Origin: Raillietiella orientalis
Taxonomy: Eukaryota
Assembly (NCBI GenBank): GCA_036172245.1
Contig: JAYWIR010000007.1
Span: forward strand, 434,001 to 498,000
DNA length: 64,000 nucleotides
Reading direction: 5' to 3'
This document shows positions 37,029-50,639 of this stretch, piece by piece. Numbering within the stretch: position 1 is the stretch's first letter; every line of letters starts with the position of its first letter. The position numbers and the translations under genes were made by a program. The notes under the pieces were generated by a model. It was not told the origin of the DNA. It did not search any database and saw only the letters and a list, made by a program, of their open reading frames with translations.

Positions 37029-38350
37029 ATTTCACACCCGGGTGCACCAGGGCGTTTATTTCTCTTAGAGGGATCGATGAAGCCAAAAGGCTCCCCGATT
37101 CCAATTATTACGCTGAAACTAAGGGGAGGCCAGAGAGGTCCGCAGAAAATGGAAACAAACTATAACAAACAACAAAAAAACAAAAACAAAAAAAAAAGAT
37201 TAGATGGGGGGAAGGGAAGAGACCACATTTCGTGGTGGGTGAGGCCTCTGCATGCGTTGAAGGATGTCGGCGAGCTCCTCCTTCTCCCTTTCCAGGTGGA
37301 GCCATCGTAAAGCTATCTGCAGGAAGCGGATGGCATGCAGGACAGCCCCCCCCCCGTCTCTCTGGTCTCCCTCGGCGTCGCACTTCGCCACGACGACACC
37401 GCGAACGCAGCACAGCGCTGCGATTGCGGCTGCGGGCGTCATGGCGTCCCGCACGAAGAGGGGTGTCAGAGACTTTCTGGGACCGTCCAAGGGGCGCGGA
37501 AGGGACGCAGAGAAACGTTCCCACATGTCCGTCGGAGGGCAACACACTCACTATGGGGTGGGGGAAGGTCTCCTGTCCACACCTGGCACAGTTCGGCGAT
37601 GCGCGCTTCCCCTCGTCCAGTGGTGCCGGCGCTCATTGCACGGGAGACCCCAGTGCAGCACCAGCAGTGCCAATCTCTGCCACTAGGCACTTGAGACAAA
37701 GCAGCTTACAGTCCATAAACAAAGGGGATACTTCCAACTCTTCGGGCTGAATGGAGAAGAGTTCGCCCCAACGTTCCAGTCCTTTGGAGACGGTCCTTGC
37801 TGTTGCCGCGTCAACCAACTGCCGCGGAGTCCAGCCACCGATAGGTTTCCTGTGGGCCGAGATCTCGTAGGAAATCTCCCGCTCCGCCGGTAGGCAGGTG
37901 CTATGTACCTCGATAGCGGAGGACACTGCTGCGGCGAAGGTGGTGGCTGATGGGTAGGCCAACATAGTCAGTTCACTACCCACCGCCTCCAGTGTTCTTC
38001 CGCTGTTCTTCTGAAACTCTCGGCAGCGGGAAAATTCCGACGGGGCCCGGGAGAGCTGAGCCCACGTTCTCAATTTCCTATGCCTCCAGGCAGGAGTGTT
38101 CGCAGGGCGGCAGCAAATCCACGTGTTCGCTCTCACCAGAGCAGCGATACACCGGAGAGGGAAGCCGCAAGATGGGAGCCGGGGGTGGTGACACGTAAAC
38201 GGGGTTGCGAGTCCTTCACCACCGACAGGAGGGAGTCGTGATCGCGATGAGATGCTGCATCCTCAGCTATGGTTACAGTCCTCCACGTGTTGGAATGTCG
38301 TTCGCGACGAAGGGAGGCCACTAGCATGGCAGCCGCTTTCATGAGAACGG
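37029..38350 (-). mobile_element. Tx1/L1-clade LINE family, 3' portion copy
   Basis: RWGELFSIQPEEL vs RWSELLGGHPEEL (32.7 kb copy); ASPNCARCGQETFPH; LFVRDAMTPAAAIAALCCVRGVV...FLQIALRWLHLE; terminal AATAAA-cgccctggtgcacccgggtgtgaaa. Confidence 0.77.
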
Positions 38351-39879
38351 CGGTCATCCCCAAAGAACTTTTTTTTCTTTGGTATCTCTTGTATTGAAGG
38401 GACGCCGCCCCTCTCTGATATGTGGCTACCTTTGCACTGTTTTTTTTTAATATACAAAAAGGAAATGCCCCGGGGAACCCCGGTGAAGACGCAAGCAACA
38501 AACCGCGTTTCAAGCCCCAAATTTGTCCTGACGTGACGTAGCCAACGGTGACCAACTCACCCTTCTCTACCGCCATGTCCTCTCGTCTGGCTCTGCTAAT
38601 TCCGCGTTTCCCGCTGTAAAGCGTTTAGATGCGGTCCATGGTTTCGTCGCCTCGCATCCTCATCTGCTCGCCCATTCTTTTCGCTGCCCGGTGATCTCCG
38701 AGTGCTGACTGCGCTGTGGGTGCTCGCTTGGAGGACAACATCACCGACCACCGTCACCTTGTCCGACAGAGCGCCGGCGCCAGCTGCGACCCACGCGTCT
38801 CAGACCATGCACTTGCGGCGCTCCGGGTCTTTCCGGGCGGCTGGTACTAGGTCGAATCGAGTTTGCGGATTCACGACTCGCAAATCGTAGGTGGAGCCAA
38901 TGGGAAGTAGGGAGCGGAACGGCGGGCAGTGCAGTCCCTCTGGCAAATGCCTCTCTTTTGGCCCGAGTGCTTTCCAGCCAGCTGGTTCTCCCTTGCCTGG
39001 CTGCGCAAGGTCGCTCAGGTACGGTCTCTTCTCCCCCCCCCTCCGCCTTCCTCGATCACTTCGAAAGTGGCGTCACCGAAGACTGCTGTGGGCCTCCGCC
39101 TCTCTTCAGCCAGAGAGTCTTCGTCTTGGGAGTCTGTCTGCCCGCCGACACTCTGTGCCTGTCTTTGCGGTCGTGAAGCCTCTCGCGCCCTCGTCAGGCG
39201 TCGACTGCTTTTTTCCCGACTTTGCCCTGCACAGAAGAAAGGAGGGGGATGGGTTGCACGGCGTAGCTGCGCGTGGCAAAGGTCTCGGCCGTGTCCGAGC
39301 GGCGCTCTACCCGTGGGTCGCGCTGCTCGGAATGGCGGCTGTGGTCCATAGAGGAGGGGGCAGAGTGGGAGGCGACTTCCGGCTCTTGCGGGACCCGCGC
39401 CAAGCGACGGCGGAAGGCGCCCAGAGACGGCGACCTTGCTATGGCTCCGTCCCCCCAGCAGCGTGACCGGGGGCAGTGTTTTTCTCGCCACAGAGGCGGG
39501 AAGACGCGCTCAAGCGTCCGTGGATTCCACGAGGCGACCGGGAGGGGGTTCGGATTTGGCGTCCGCTGCCCGTCCCTCCAGAGGTTTGCCCTTTGCGGGA
39601 GGCAGCGCACGCGGCCTGGGTGGAGTGGAAGTGGGAGCCGCTTCTTGGCGCCGGCCACCTTACGGAGAGGGGCGTCGCCCTGCCCTTCCGGACAGCTGCT
39701 TCGCACCGCAGCCCAGAAGGGCAATTTACTCCCGGAAGCGAAGAGTTCTCGAAAGGGGCGGCGCGTGGTGGGGTTCCCTAGCGCCGGCTGCTGATGGAGG
39801 CGGCAGAGTCGGGGTCGCGAAAGGGGTGGAGGTGGGAGAATCCAGACGGGCCATGACGTCACGTCCAGGAACGGCTGTG

Positions 39880-40400
39880 TGCGTGGCATAGGAGCGAGGA
39901 TCATCCAAGAGTGGACCCAAGGACGATGCCAGGATCGTTCGAGGACAAACTTGAAGATGATGCAGGGGTGAAGCTGAGGGGCACTCGAGCAGATGTTCAA
40001 GGATAAACGAAGAGTTTGGCACCAGGATCGTGAAGGGACAGGCCTTCAGCACAGCGTAAGGACATAATCCTAGAAGGCGCCCAAGGCCAATGTGGGGATT
40101 TGTCTAGGGAGAAGGATGACGTCTAGATCCCTTGTAACTAAGGACGACACAAAAACGCGTCATCCGGGAGGTGCTCGAGGCGATGATGCAAGGACACGTC
40201 TGAGAACAAGGAAAGAATTGTGCGTGCTTCCGCAAAAAGGTGCTGCAAGGACGATGCAAGGATAGTCCTGCAATAATGCGGGAAAGTGCCCGAGGGGGGT
40301 GGTAAGGCGGCGGGAGGAAACGCTTGAGGGTAATTCGCGGATCAGTGCATCAGTGGAGTGCGCGGGACAGCATGCCTCTGCGAATGGGTTCCCGCGCACC
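39880..40400 (-). mobile_element. Possible I-group (RNase H-bearing) LINE 3' fragment
   Basis: VRGNPFAEAC (cf. GI.GNE.AD) followed by ACPF...LEHLLECP (cf. CP.C....EHLL.CP). Confidence 0.35.
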
Positions 40401-42459
40401 TGCCCTACGCAGCGCAGAACCTCGCTGCTCGCCAGGTGGCACGTCGCGGGCTGGTTAAAGCTCGCGCCGTGAGGCCGAAGGTACCCACGCGCGTGAGCCC
40501 CGCCGACCCCGCGACCTGCTCACCGTTCGGGAGGATGGAGCCAGCCGTCGATTTCCGGTGCCATGTGCGGGGAAGAGGGAGGGGATGGACGTCCTTTAGA
40601 GGAGGGTTGAGAAGTGGTTCCCCCGTATCCCCCCGGAAACGTCTGCAGCCCTTCGGGTCGCCTCCGCTTCAGGGGGGCTCCGACCTTTCAGGTCTCTCGC
40701 AAAGCCCCACCCGCTCTCCCTCTGTCTGTCTGGAAGTGACTTTCCCGGATGCGGCCAACCGGGTTCGTGCTCGATGCGCCATCTGGCGGGATGCTGAGGC
40801 ACAGCTCTTTCTCCCCTCCCTCCTTCCTCCTCCTGACCCGCGTCACCGAGGGACGCGCTCTCCCCACCAGCAGTGTCTTCGGAAGACACCTGGCCCTGAG
40901 ACCTCCGGAAAGATTCGCTCCAAGGGCCAGGCTCCCCTGCCGGCCTCCGTTGCTGTGGCAGGGAGACGTGCAGAAAGTGTCGCGTTGCCGGTCGCGCGGG
41001 GGCGGCAGGCGCGCAAAGGCACGTTTCCTGCCTTCGCCTCGGGATGCCCCCTTCTTTGGCGCTTCTTGGAATCGGTTGGCGGTCCCGACAGGGGCTCGCT
41101 GCTTCCCTCGGGTTGGTGCCACCGGGTGTCGCCGCTGGCGTCTCCCAGCGTCATCTGCGGGAAGGAAAGGGGAGCTGAGGCCAGCCCGCCTCTCGCTCAA
41201 GCCGCAAAGGGGAGTAAACGTGATGGTTGAGCGGAAATGCCGGGGAAGAGGGGCAAGGTCTCTCTTTCGCGGCTCGAGGAAGTGCAAAGCAGGGGGCGTC
41301 GACTGAGGAGACCTCTGCGAGGGACCCTCGGCAAGGCAGGACCTCCCATCGCAGCGGGCCGAAGAGGGAGGCTCCAGTCAAGGACGCTGGGGGCTCGCGA
41401 GAAACTCCGTGCCAAGAGCTGCGAGGGCAGCCGCTTGTGGACGTTTCCGACATTGAGGCTCCCCCTCTCCCCCCCTCAGGCGGCGCCACTTGACCTGCAG
41501 GGACCGAGGTTCCGCAGTCCAGTTGGGAATGCTCGCGGAAGCGGGGGAGTCTCCTGGACCCGTCTGAAAGGTTCACTCGAAGTGACTGAGCTCGAGCTGG
41601 CTCAGGGGGAAAGGAGCAGGTGGTCACTTCGCCCGACATCGGAGACCCATGGCGAACCCGATTCTCCCGGGAATTCCGAAAGCACCGCATATTCCGAATT
41701 TTTCGTCCACGTCTGATGGGAAGGCGCCAAGACTCCATGGCTACAGAGCGTTCTCTTTCGGTAGCCGGCCAAATGAGCGACCGAGGTCCGCAATGAATTA
41801 CCAATAGATGAAGATGGGAGCACCGGTGCGCAAAAGGTGTGCTGCAACACGGGGGAGGAAACACTCCGTGACTCGACGTTCCCTCTTAAAAAGCCTCGGG
41901 GACGCTGTTGCTGTCGCGTCCCATATAAGAAGGTTTGTCAGATGCACAACAGTGAGGCGATTCCTTTCCTCCAAGACGCCGAGCAAAGTTTTTGGCTTTT
42001 CTCCGCATTCGTTCAGCGCTCACGGCCCTCCGCTCCATCCTTTTGTCCTTTTTCAAGTTCTCAGATTCGAAATGTCCGCAAGTCTTTCCTGTCCTTGGAG
42101 CCTTTTCTTCCCGCCTTTTGAGAGCTCGTATCTCCGGATGAGAAGATTCGAATTCTCCGGTTCGCTGTTTTCCAGACCAAACTTAGTGCGCAGATGCATT
42201 TCCAATACGAGGACCAATTAATTACTGCTCCTTCCCGGTGATCCTGGAGAGAAAAGGCGTCGATGGCGCGCAAAGGATCTCGAAACGGTTCTCCGTTCGG
42301 ATTTTTTTTGTCTGGTAGCAGCGTTTCGAGTCGCCGTCGGGTGGCAGCCTGCGTAACGAATGGCACGAGCACCACGTGAGGCGCTGCGCCATCGGGAAAG
42401 GTTCCATGCAGATGCGACGCGACGACGTCCGACTCGCCGATTCGACCCGATGACGTCAT

Positions 42460-43240
42460 TTTCGTGCCGAGGTCTCCGTGAAACCGAAAATCGCTCAGGG
42501 ATATCACATTCGCCTGGGAAGTCTCTGGACGGCTCGCCCTTCGCCGAAAACGCGCAAATCCGAAGAACGAATTTCTCCCCGGAAAGGCGCCGTCGGAGAG
42601 TGGCGCGCCCACCCGTCCGTCGGTCGCGGAGGCGGCTGCCGTCTCGCGACCTCTTTATCGGTGCCGGGGCGACGGATGGTTGCGACGTGGTCCGACCATT
42701 CGCTGCGAAATCCTATGGGTGCTTCGAATCCGGGAAAACAACCGCAACCCCCCCGAGGTCTCGGATCGTCTGCGTGCCGGGGACGGGTGCCCTGGGGGGA
42801 GGTGGGGAATTCCAAAGGAAATGTCAGGTGGCGGCGATATTCCTCGTGAGCAAGTCACGAGGGCTGCTCATCACCAGTGAATCGAATTCCAGGGACCGCC
42901 TGCCGCGAGCTTTCTGGAACTGGAACTGTATTTCCTGCTCTCAGCGATGCGTTTCCTGCGTCGGTTCCCCGCACACGAGGGTTGCACTGTCGGAATGCTG
43001 CCGCCTTCGGCATGCCTTCTGTCTCTTCGTGTCTCGAGTGCCTCCAGGAACGAGCGCGTCATTCGACACCTTGGACTGGCTCTTTCGAAGCTGCGCTCAA
43101 ATCGAACTCGTCACGGAGGAGGAAACGGCTGGCACGTGTCCTTTCTCGACGTGCCTCTTTGCTGCCTCCCCGCCAAGGATATCCAAGCCGAGTGCGCAGA
43201 GGTTCCCTCAAGAAGGCCGCCCTTGAGACGCGGGGGTCAG
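42460..43240 (+). mobile_element. Decayed Penelope-like reverse transcriptase
   Basis: Within ORF 42360-43226: CRGLRETENRSGISHSPGKSLDGSPF (cf. YGLPKIHK.GIPLRPIVS..GSP), SRDLF, RLRHAFCL (RYVDD.F position), QIELVTEEETAG then frameshifted SFLDVPL (cf. I.FT.E.E...LPFLDV). Confidence 0.55.
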
Positions 43241-43649
43241 CGGGAGCCGCCGTGAAACACCCTGGGGCGTGGTTCGGGAGCGAAAGGGGCGCACTGGCAG
43301 GGCCGCCCCACAGAAGTGCGCGGTCTCCTTGGAGCCGCAGTGCCATCCTCTTCTTCCACAGCTAGGTCAGGAAGCACAGGTGTTCACAGACAATCTTCAG
43401 GGAGGGGATTACCTCGGTTGTTGGAAAGCGGATGAGGAATTCTTCACCACGTTGAGCTTGGGCGGACTGGTTGAGCGTTTATTTACCGAAAAAAAATGAA
43501 ATAAATAAATAAACAGGAGCCGAGCTCCTTCGAGAATTTTTACGGGAAGACGGAGGTTCTGTCGGACTCGCAGGAGAGGGGTCGGGAGTGAAGGAGGGAG
43601 GCGGGACAATCAGTAACGGGGGTGGGGGGCCACAAGACTCCAGTCCTAG

Positions 43650-46600
43650 GTCCACGCAGGAGTCATAAGACTCGTGACTTCCCCTGCTGTTGAAGCTTAG
43701 CTAAGGACATCCTTTTGTTCTGCGCGGAAGCTTGGCTCCACGAGCGTCGCAGCACGGGCTTCCTCAGCGAGGCGGCTGTGGCACAAGGTGGTCTGCTGCT
43801 GTGGTACAGCAGGATGACGGAGAAACGTTGGACGAGGTCCTGGAGAGTGTCGTCCAAACGGGAAGGGCCAGCTATCTTTCCATCCCTGGACGGAGGACAC
43901 TGCGGCCCAGCAGTCGACGCGCAAGGGATTGTATCGTCCTGCCATCTGGCTCAGCTTCGGAGAAGCTTTCTCCCTCCTTCGTGTGATGGTGGAAGAGCGG
44001 CGCCTGTAGCACGTGAATTTGTCTCATTGCGGGAAGAGTGCCCTCTCCTACTGCTGACACTCTTCAGATTCCATGCAGAGGGGGAGCACGGAGCAGTCCG
44101 AACATACAACGGGAGGGAGAGGGAGGGACAGGGATAGGATCGCCAGCTTTTCTTGGAAAAGGTCCAGCAATTCCACCCTGAGCAGCAGTCCTCGGAGTCC
44201 GCGCGATCGGGAAGACCGAGCGTTTTGGGCAGTCCAGGACTTTTCTGTTCTGGAGACACGAGAACTTGTGGGCGATGCGCACGAGAAGAGGACAATCCTT
44301 ATGTTCTGAACGGAGCCGTTGCTGCTGAGTGGAGGAAGGGAGCTCCGTGAGCAACGACGTTGCTCTTGGGACCAGTTAATGCCAAAGCATCCAGGCTGGG
44401 TTGGCCGCCGTAGGGCGTTCGCTTGGAGACGTGCTTCGTAGAAGGGGCGAGTTAGTTGGGCCGAAAGCAAAGTGCGCGCGCGTCCTCTAGCGGGCTGCAG
44501 CAGAGACAGTGAGCTCACCCTGGAGAGGGCAGCGACATCGCAATGGTGGAAGATGAACGGCAGAGGTGCTGTGTCCGGGGGGGAACGGGATGGAAGGCAG
44601 CCAACAGAGCGTGCGGAGGCATCGTTCCTCAAGGGTGCAACCTGGAGGCAGCACCTGGATCCATCGTCCACTGGGGCTACCCGATGGAAATCCAGCCGAA
44701 AGTCCCCGGAAGGAATCCGCATCTGAGGAGGAGCAAATCCTTTCCGGGGACTGAGACGGAGAGTGGCAGCAGGCGACCGACCCTCCAGAGCGTAGCGAGT
44801 CGCGGAGTCAACTCGCGCATGCTGCTTCTCTAGGAACGGCCCTCCCAAAGAGACATTCCGTGGCAGGGGGCGGCAGTGGGATAGTCAGCAGTCTCCAGGT
44901 CGACCCAAGGTGCCTCGGAGGCGGCGAGAAGCTCCGAGAGGCGAGTTGTGCTTCCCTCCCCTCCCCTGAACTGAGCCCTTCGTCCACCGCCCCCTTGAGC
45001 CTGGAACGAAGGACGCGCCGCTCAGCTTCCTCTAATCCACCGCTCCGGCCCGGAAGACCGAATGACGCTTCCAGGCAGCCTCCGCGCACCCAAGAGACCG
45101 CTCGAGGCCCTGTGGCTAACCCGGAGCCGCCCCTTCCGGATAACATCGGCGCGCTAGGGTCAAAGGTCAGATTCCGGCGGTGAAAACGGACGAACAGCGG
45201 CGTGACTGCGCACTCCCTCAGCACCGCGTCGTCTCCCGCTTTCAGCGCCGCCGTGCGGTCCTCCCAGGAACAAAGTTCCTTCCTCCATACGGGGGAGGGC
45301 GTCTTCCAGTGCGAGTATCGGATCCTTACCACCGCTCATATCCCGGAGCAACGCGTCCCCCTCCTCCGCTGCCTACCGCGGCACTGACTCCTGGGAACCG
45401 CCGAAATGGGCAGGAGACAGCCGCGAGGTCCTTCGAGGTCTCGCCATCGCTGATGGCCGTCCCGAGGTAGGAAAAGAACGCTGTGGGGAGATAAGGGGGC
45501 TGTCCGTCCGCAGTCCGAGGGAATGCCCCGGGTGTACCCACCCTAGGGGAGATCAAGACGTGAAGACGTGTGGATGGAAGGAAATCACCGACCCCAAATG
45601 AGGAGAGGGGAACGCGTGGTAACGACCATCCGAACGGCTGCTGCACGCGAGCTGCTATGACGAGCGCGTGCTGAGGCCATCAGCACAGGGCAGACAGTAG
45701 GACGTGAGTTAACACCTCTGCGGACACGCAGCCGAGCGGGACGGAGGATGGCACAGTGGCGTCCACGCTCTCGGCAGACCCATCTGACGGCTGGACGCAG
45801 CAGCGAGTCGAGTACGGGGGTGGGATGAAGAAAGGATGGTGTGAGCTCCCGGAACGGGGTCAAGAGGGGCTTCCCAAGAGGCATGGGGAAGCTTCCAGGA
45901 TCAGAGGGCATTCGGCGCCGCCGCCACCGTCGCTTCTGAGAGCTTCGAAGCTGCTCGCCTAACGGGTTCGTGACTGGGACCCAACTCGCAGAAGATACTC
46001 TCCCCTTTGCATGGAAAGGAGAGGAGCCGGTCGCCCAAGCGGCCTCGTGAGCCAAAGAACGCACTGTCTCCTCTCCTCCTTCCTGCTCTTCCCATGCGCG
46101 TCCTCTCGCTGTTGCGGCTGCCTCCAGGGGAGCAAAGAATGGGGAGGGGGAGACGAGACGCGAACTATAAAAATCGGACGGGTCTTTGGGAACTCCTCGA
46201 GTTGAATGGGCTTAGGGCATGAAAGGGGCTCCTGCTGCATCTTCCCTCCCAATGCCTATCGCTCGCACCTTTCTCCTCCGGCCTTCAAGGAGGTCCCGCC
46301 GAAGACCTTCCTTCTGGCCAAAGGGAGAGTCTGCAAAGGAGGCTTCGCTCGACCTAATGGGTGGAATCGGCTTCCATTCCAACCTCCTTGCCTCCTCAGA
46401 CTCCGCTACCTCCACTGGGTCCGCCTCCTCAGGGCTCCTCAGGGTCATAGACGACCACTCCCGTCCTCTCGTAGCGCCGCACGCCTGTCCCAGACCCATC
46501 TAGCGGCCGGACGTCACACTTCATCGATGGAGCGGTGGCTCTTCTGCTTCTCTTTCCTGATATCCTTTGCGGAGTGCTTTTCAGTCACGGTGAAAACTTA

Positions 46601-47230
46601 GGGAAAGTGGGCAAAGTGGGGAAGGAGTCGGGTAGTGGCCGCTTCGGATTCGGCCTCCCTTCATGGGCTATCGGGGAGAGGGGGGAAGCGATAGCAGTCC
46701 CTCGTAGTTCAGCTCTACCGAGTCTTCCTTTAAGACCGAACCAGAAAGGTCTCCTGGGTCATCTCACCGCAGGGTTTCCTCCCAGCGAGGCCAGGGACCA
46801 GCTTTCATTTGTCTCTAATGACCAGGACGTCGCAGCTTCCGGCGCTAAGGACACGAGTGCGCGCACGCCGGTCGGTGGCGTTTCCTCCTCCTCCCCATTC
46901 CTCCCTCTCGCGGCTCTGAGAAACCGCCTGGACCGACCCGAGCTCCCTGCCGCCTCCGTTGGCCCCTCGCTGCCGGGCATGGGCAGGAGTCACTGAGGGG
47001 GCGGCCAGAGGCATGATGTCACCCCGCATGGAGCAAGGGAAGGACGCCGGTTCGGGGGTGCTCGCCCCTCGACTGCGCAACGAGGCCGGGATGCTGCTCT
47101 GACCGTTAGCACACAGAGCGGCGGGACCGCCCAGGGGGAGAGGCAACTCTCCTGAGGAGCTGGCTGCGGCGGCGATGGCCTCGTGGTCCTTGGGCCACGG
47201 AGCTAGCTAGCACATGTCCTGCTGGCGCTC
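43650..47230 (-). mobile_element. Decayed L1/Tx1-type element (ORF1 tail, APE endonuclease, RT)
   Basis: Minus-strand order: QQDMC...DHEA knuckle-like (~47200), RGVNS (GDFN position, ~45710), STRLHVLIS (cf. SRLD..IS, ~45560), PFYE, QNIRIVLFS (cf. NYRPISLL), VSPEQ, KLAILSL, VSSVQG (cf. SVRQG). Confidence 0.45.
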
Positions 47231-47469
47231 GAACAGGCTACAGGTATAAACAGGCTGCTGTATGAACGGGTGTACGCGTGTATCTGAAAGGTACTACGTG
47301 CGCGTACATGCATGGTGCACAAAAGGTGCGAAGTACTTGCTATTTGTGCATGTGCACGCATACGGAATGTACAGCGGGAGCCACTTAAAACCGGTCCGTT
47401 TCTCTGCCAAGGCGAGCCTGAGGCGGGCGGGCTTTAAGCGGCTCTCCTGGTATTTTTAGACCGCATTGT

Positions 47470-48700
47470 TGGCCGCCATGCTGACCGCGCGCGCCCAGGT
47501 CACGCAGCGAAGTCGTCCTTGCGGAGGGCGGGCGAACCCTGCATTTATGCCCACCGCGTGCTTGAGACTTTCCCGATGGGAGCTCCGGACGCAGCATCTT
47601 TCCATCTTCGCGCGTCGTCCCGGAGACCGGGGCAGACGAAGGAGGCGGTGGTGCGCGATCCAAGCGACGGTGGTGCTTCCCGCCCCCCGTCAGAAGAGAG
47701 CGTGCCCGTCACGAAGGGAGGAGGTGACCTTCGGACTTTTGGCGCCTCTCGCGAGAAGGCGGCGCGCGCCCATCGACCGCCCCTTCCGCTCGCCGGGAGC
47801 GGTTTGAACCGCTTGTTCCCCATTGAGCCTTTCCGGCGTCGTCGGAAGGCGCGGCGCGGGCCCCAAGAACCGAAGCTCGCGAAGGGCTCGCCCTTCCCCT
47901 TCAGCCCCGGGACCGCGTTGCTCCTGCTTGGCTTCCAGGGTGGGGGCCGAAAGAGGTGCGCATCCTCGAGCGCGAATCCCTCCTCTGGCTGCCGAAGGAA
48001 AAGAGGTGGACCTGCTGGCGAGGGTGGGGTGAAAGCCCCTACTCCCACGCCTCGCTGGGGGACAGAGAACCGGAAAACCGCCGCGGCCTCCGTGACGAGG
48101 TCTTCCTCGCCTCGGTTCTCGGAACACCCTCCCTGCGCGCTTCAGCAGCCGGAGAAGACTCGGAGTCCGTGGGTTTCCCCCAGGTCATCAACCGGCCGGA
48201 TCCCCTCCTCTGCGAGGGTTCGCGAAGGCGTCCTCCTGCCATCCTGGAGCCTCTCCCAGTCGTCGCCAGGAGAAGCGAGCTGCAACCACCCGGGGCGACC
48301 CGGCTCTGCCGTCGCGCAAGCACCACCTGGCGCACAGCCTGCTCTCACCCGCAGACCCTCGCGGTAGCGCTTTTGGGAGATCACGCGGATGGGAGGGCAG
48401 ACGCGAACGCAGCCCAGGATGCCGGCGAGGCACGGATCCTCTCCTCATCCACGTGTGGTGCTCAACACGCCTTCCCTCGCTCCCTTTCCGTCGCCCGCGC
48501 GAGTTTCCCCGAGGTGTCTTCCCCCGTCGCCGGCCGGCGCGCTCCTGAGACTTCCTGCGATCGCGCCCCATCAGTCCACCCCCCCGCGGACCCCCAATTT
48601 CCTGGTCGTCGAAGAAAAAGACGAAGGAGTGTGGCGGACACTTCGCTTTCGAAGGGGGGGAGGTGTTTGGTCCTCAAGGGGCGCTGAAGAACCGTCCGCC
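47470..48700 (+). mobile_element. Possible decayed Tx1-type ORF1 (gag-like) fragment
   Basis: GRIPSS and NHPG..RLCRR...TAC (~48285-48345; cf. IPS...YPGQP..C..C...GH....C); weak. Confidence 0.25.
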
Positions 48701-50639
48701 TCCGTAGGGGGTGCTCATGAAGCTCCCTGAACACTGTCGACGCCACCTGAGGGTGTGTGTTGACTCTTCAAGTTAGGAAGGGGTCCGTTCCTCTCAGGCT
48801 TGAGAGGGAACCCCGAAGGGAACCATCTCTTCTTTATTTTCTCGGGAGAGATCCCCTCGGTTTGTGAGGGTCACTCCTCATTCCTTCTTCGGAGCCCCTC
48901 CCCCGGAAAGGATCCGCTCCCTGTTTCCTTCTCGGAAGAAAATACCGAAGGGGCGCTTCCCACAGGAAGCAGTCGCGCTTCTTGGACACCCTGGAGAGGC
49001 ACCAGTCAACCAGCTCCATGGCACGAGATGGAGGGTCCCCCCCTGCTCCGAGTGGAAGGACTCCATCCTCTCAACCGGTAGGGAGTCCAGAAGGGCTCCT
49101 TGATGGCCTGGAGGGACTCCGCAGGGTCCACTTCTGATCCCGGCCAGTCAGCGGGGTCATCCGGCTTCTACCAGTGCCTCCGCACCCGAATAGGCCAAGC
49201 AGCGTCATCCTGCGGGAGGGGGAGGACTCGAGACCCATGATTTAGTCCCCCGTTCTCGGTATCGACCTCTCCCCCGGGCGGGATTCGGGTTCGCGACGCT
49301 CGGCACGCCGCGCGCGGAGCCATGCGGCCTCCAACGCGAGGGTGCTTCTTCGGCCTCTTCGAACCCGAAGACCCGCCGCTGCGGACTCCCGCTATTCCCT
49401 TGGAGGCAGGACTCGCGCGGCAGCTGCCTGGAGGGTCGCGAGGAGGCACATCGTCGCAGGAACCGAGCAGACTCGCCCTTTCCCTCCTCCCCACCTGCGG
49501 CTGCGCGTCCACCCGACGGGCTCGAAAGCCCGGGAACTCTACTGGTCGCGTGCCAAGGGGAGTTCTGCGCCCCTTCACATGACGGGAGGCGGGGGTTCAT
49601 AATCGCGGGCGGTCGCTCTCTCACTCTCCGCTCGCGTCCCGCTGGGTGCGCCAGTCCGTCCCAAAGGCTCCCCTGCGTTTGCTGCAGCACACCTCGATTC
49701 CCCTTCCTCTTCCCCTCCCTCCCCTCCTCCGATGAAATCCTGTCTTCCTCGGACTTCCTTTTCGTCCACTCCTCCTGCCCGGAGGTGTGGCTCGGACGGA
49801 AGACAGCTGCCCTCCCTTTCTCCCCCTGCGACTTTTGGGGACTGTTGCGTCGAGCTCCTCCCGTTCCTTCAGCCCCTGGGGAAGGCGAGATCTTTCCGTC
49901 GCTTGCGTCCCTTCCCCGGACAGGTGGTCTTTCTCCTTTGATCGAACTCATCCCATCACTGAGGCTCTTTTTGCGTCCGCTGGACGCTACGGAGGGGAGT
50001 AGGAAAGAGGGAAGCGAAGCAGCTACTGGCTTGATCTGTGACCTGGTGCCCCTTGTTCAAGACCGAAACGAATCAGGCGGGGACGATGAGCCCAGAAGTG
50101 GGTAGGGGTTCCTCCTGGGTCGCGGCTGGAACCACAACCCGATTCCCGAACCCCCTCCAAATTGGAATCACTCCGCCGCGCTGCTCCAGGCCCGCACTTT
50201 CGGCTGGGAGGAAGCGCGAAGCTCTGGGAGCAAGAGGCAAGGGAGAAGCTGGCGGAGGCCAGACAACGACCCTCCCTTCCAAGTGCAAGATTTGCTCTTG
50301 GCTCCCAACCCAGGTTCGGCCTTGGAAGTGCTGGAGGAGCACTTCGAAGCTTGGAGGAAACACGAGCTCGCTGGTTTGAACCCGGCAACCTCCCGGTCCT
50401 GAGGTTCCCTTCCAAAGAGCACCCGGTCAGATAAGCACGTTTGTTTCGTGGCACATTCATCTTGCACATCCCTCTCTCTCTCTCCCTCCAATTCCTTCCA
50501 CGCTTCTGCCTATCAAAACCGAAGAACAAACCGATGGGGGAACTTCACTCCTCATGGATGCAGTCCTTGCTGCTGACTGCGTAGCGCATCAAGTTAATTG
50601 ACCGGAGCAAGCCTCCTGAAGTTTTCCCAGAGGCTCATC

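Noticed and set aside
37037..37048. GGTGCACCC resembling the 3' end of U2 snRNA (a known Keno target gene)
   Set aside because: Only 9 nt match and no other U2 sequence is adjacent.
50372..50400. B-box-like GGGTTCAAACC on minus (tRNA or SINE head)
   Set aside because: No A box, acceptor stem or second copy in the window.
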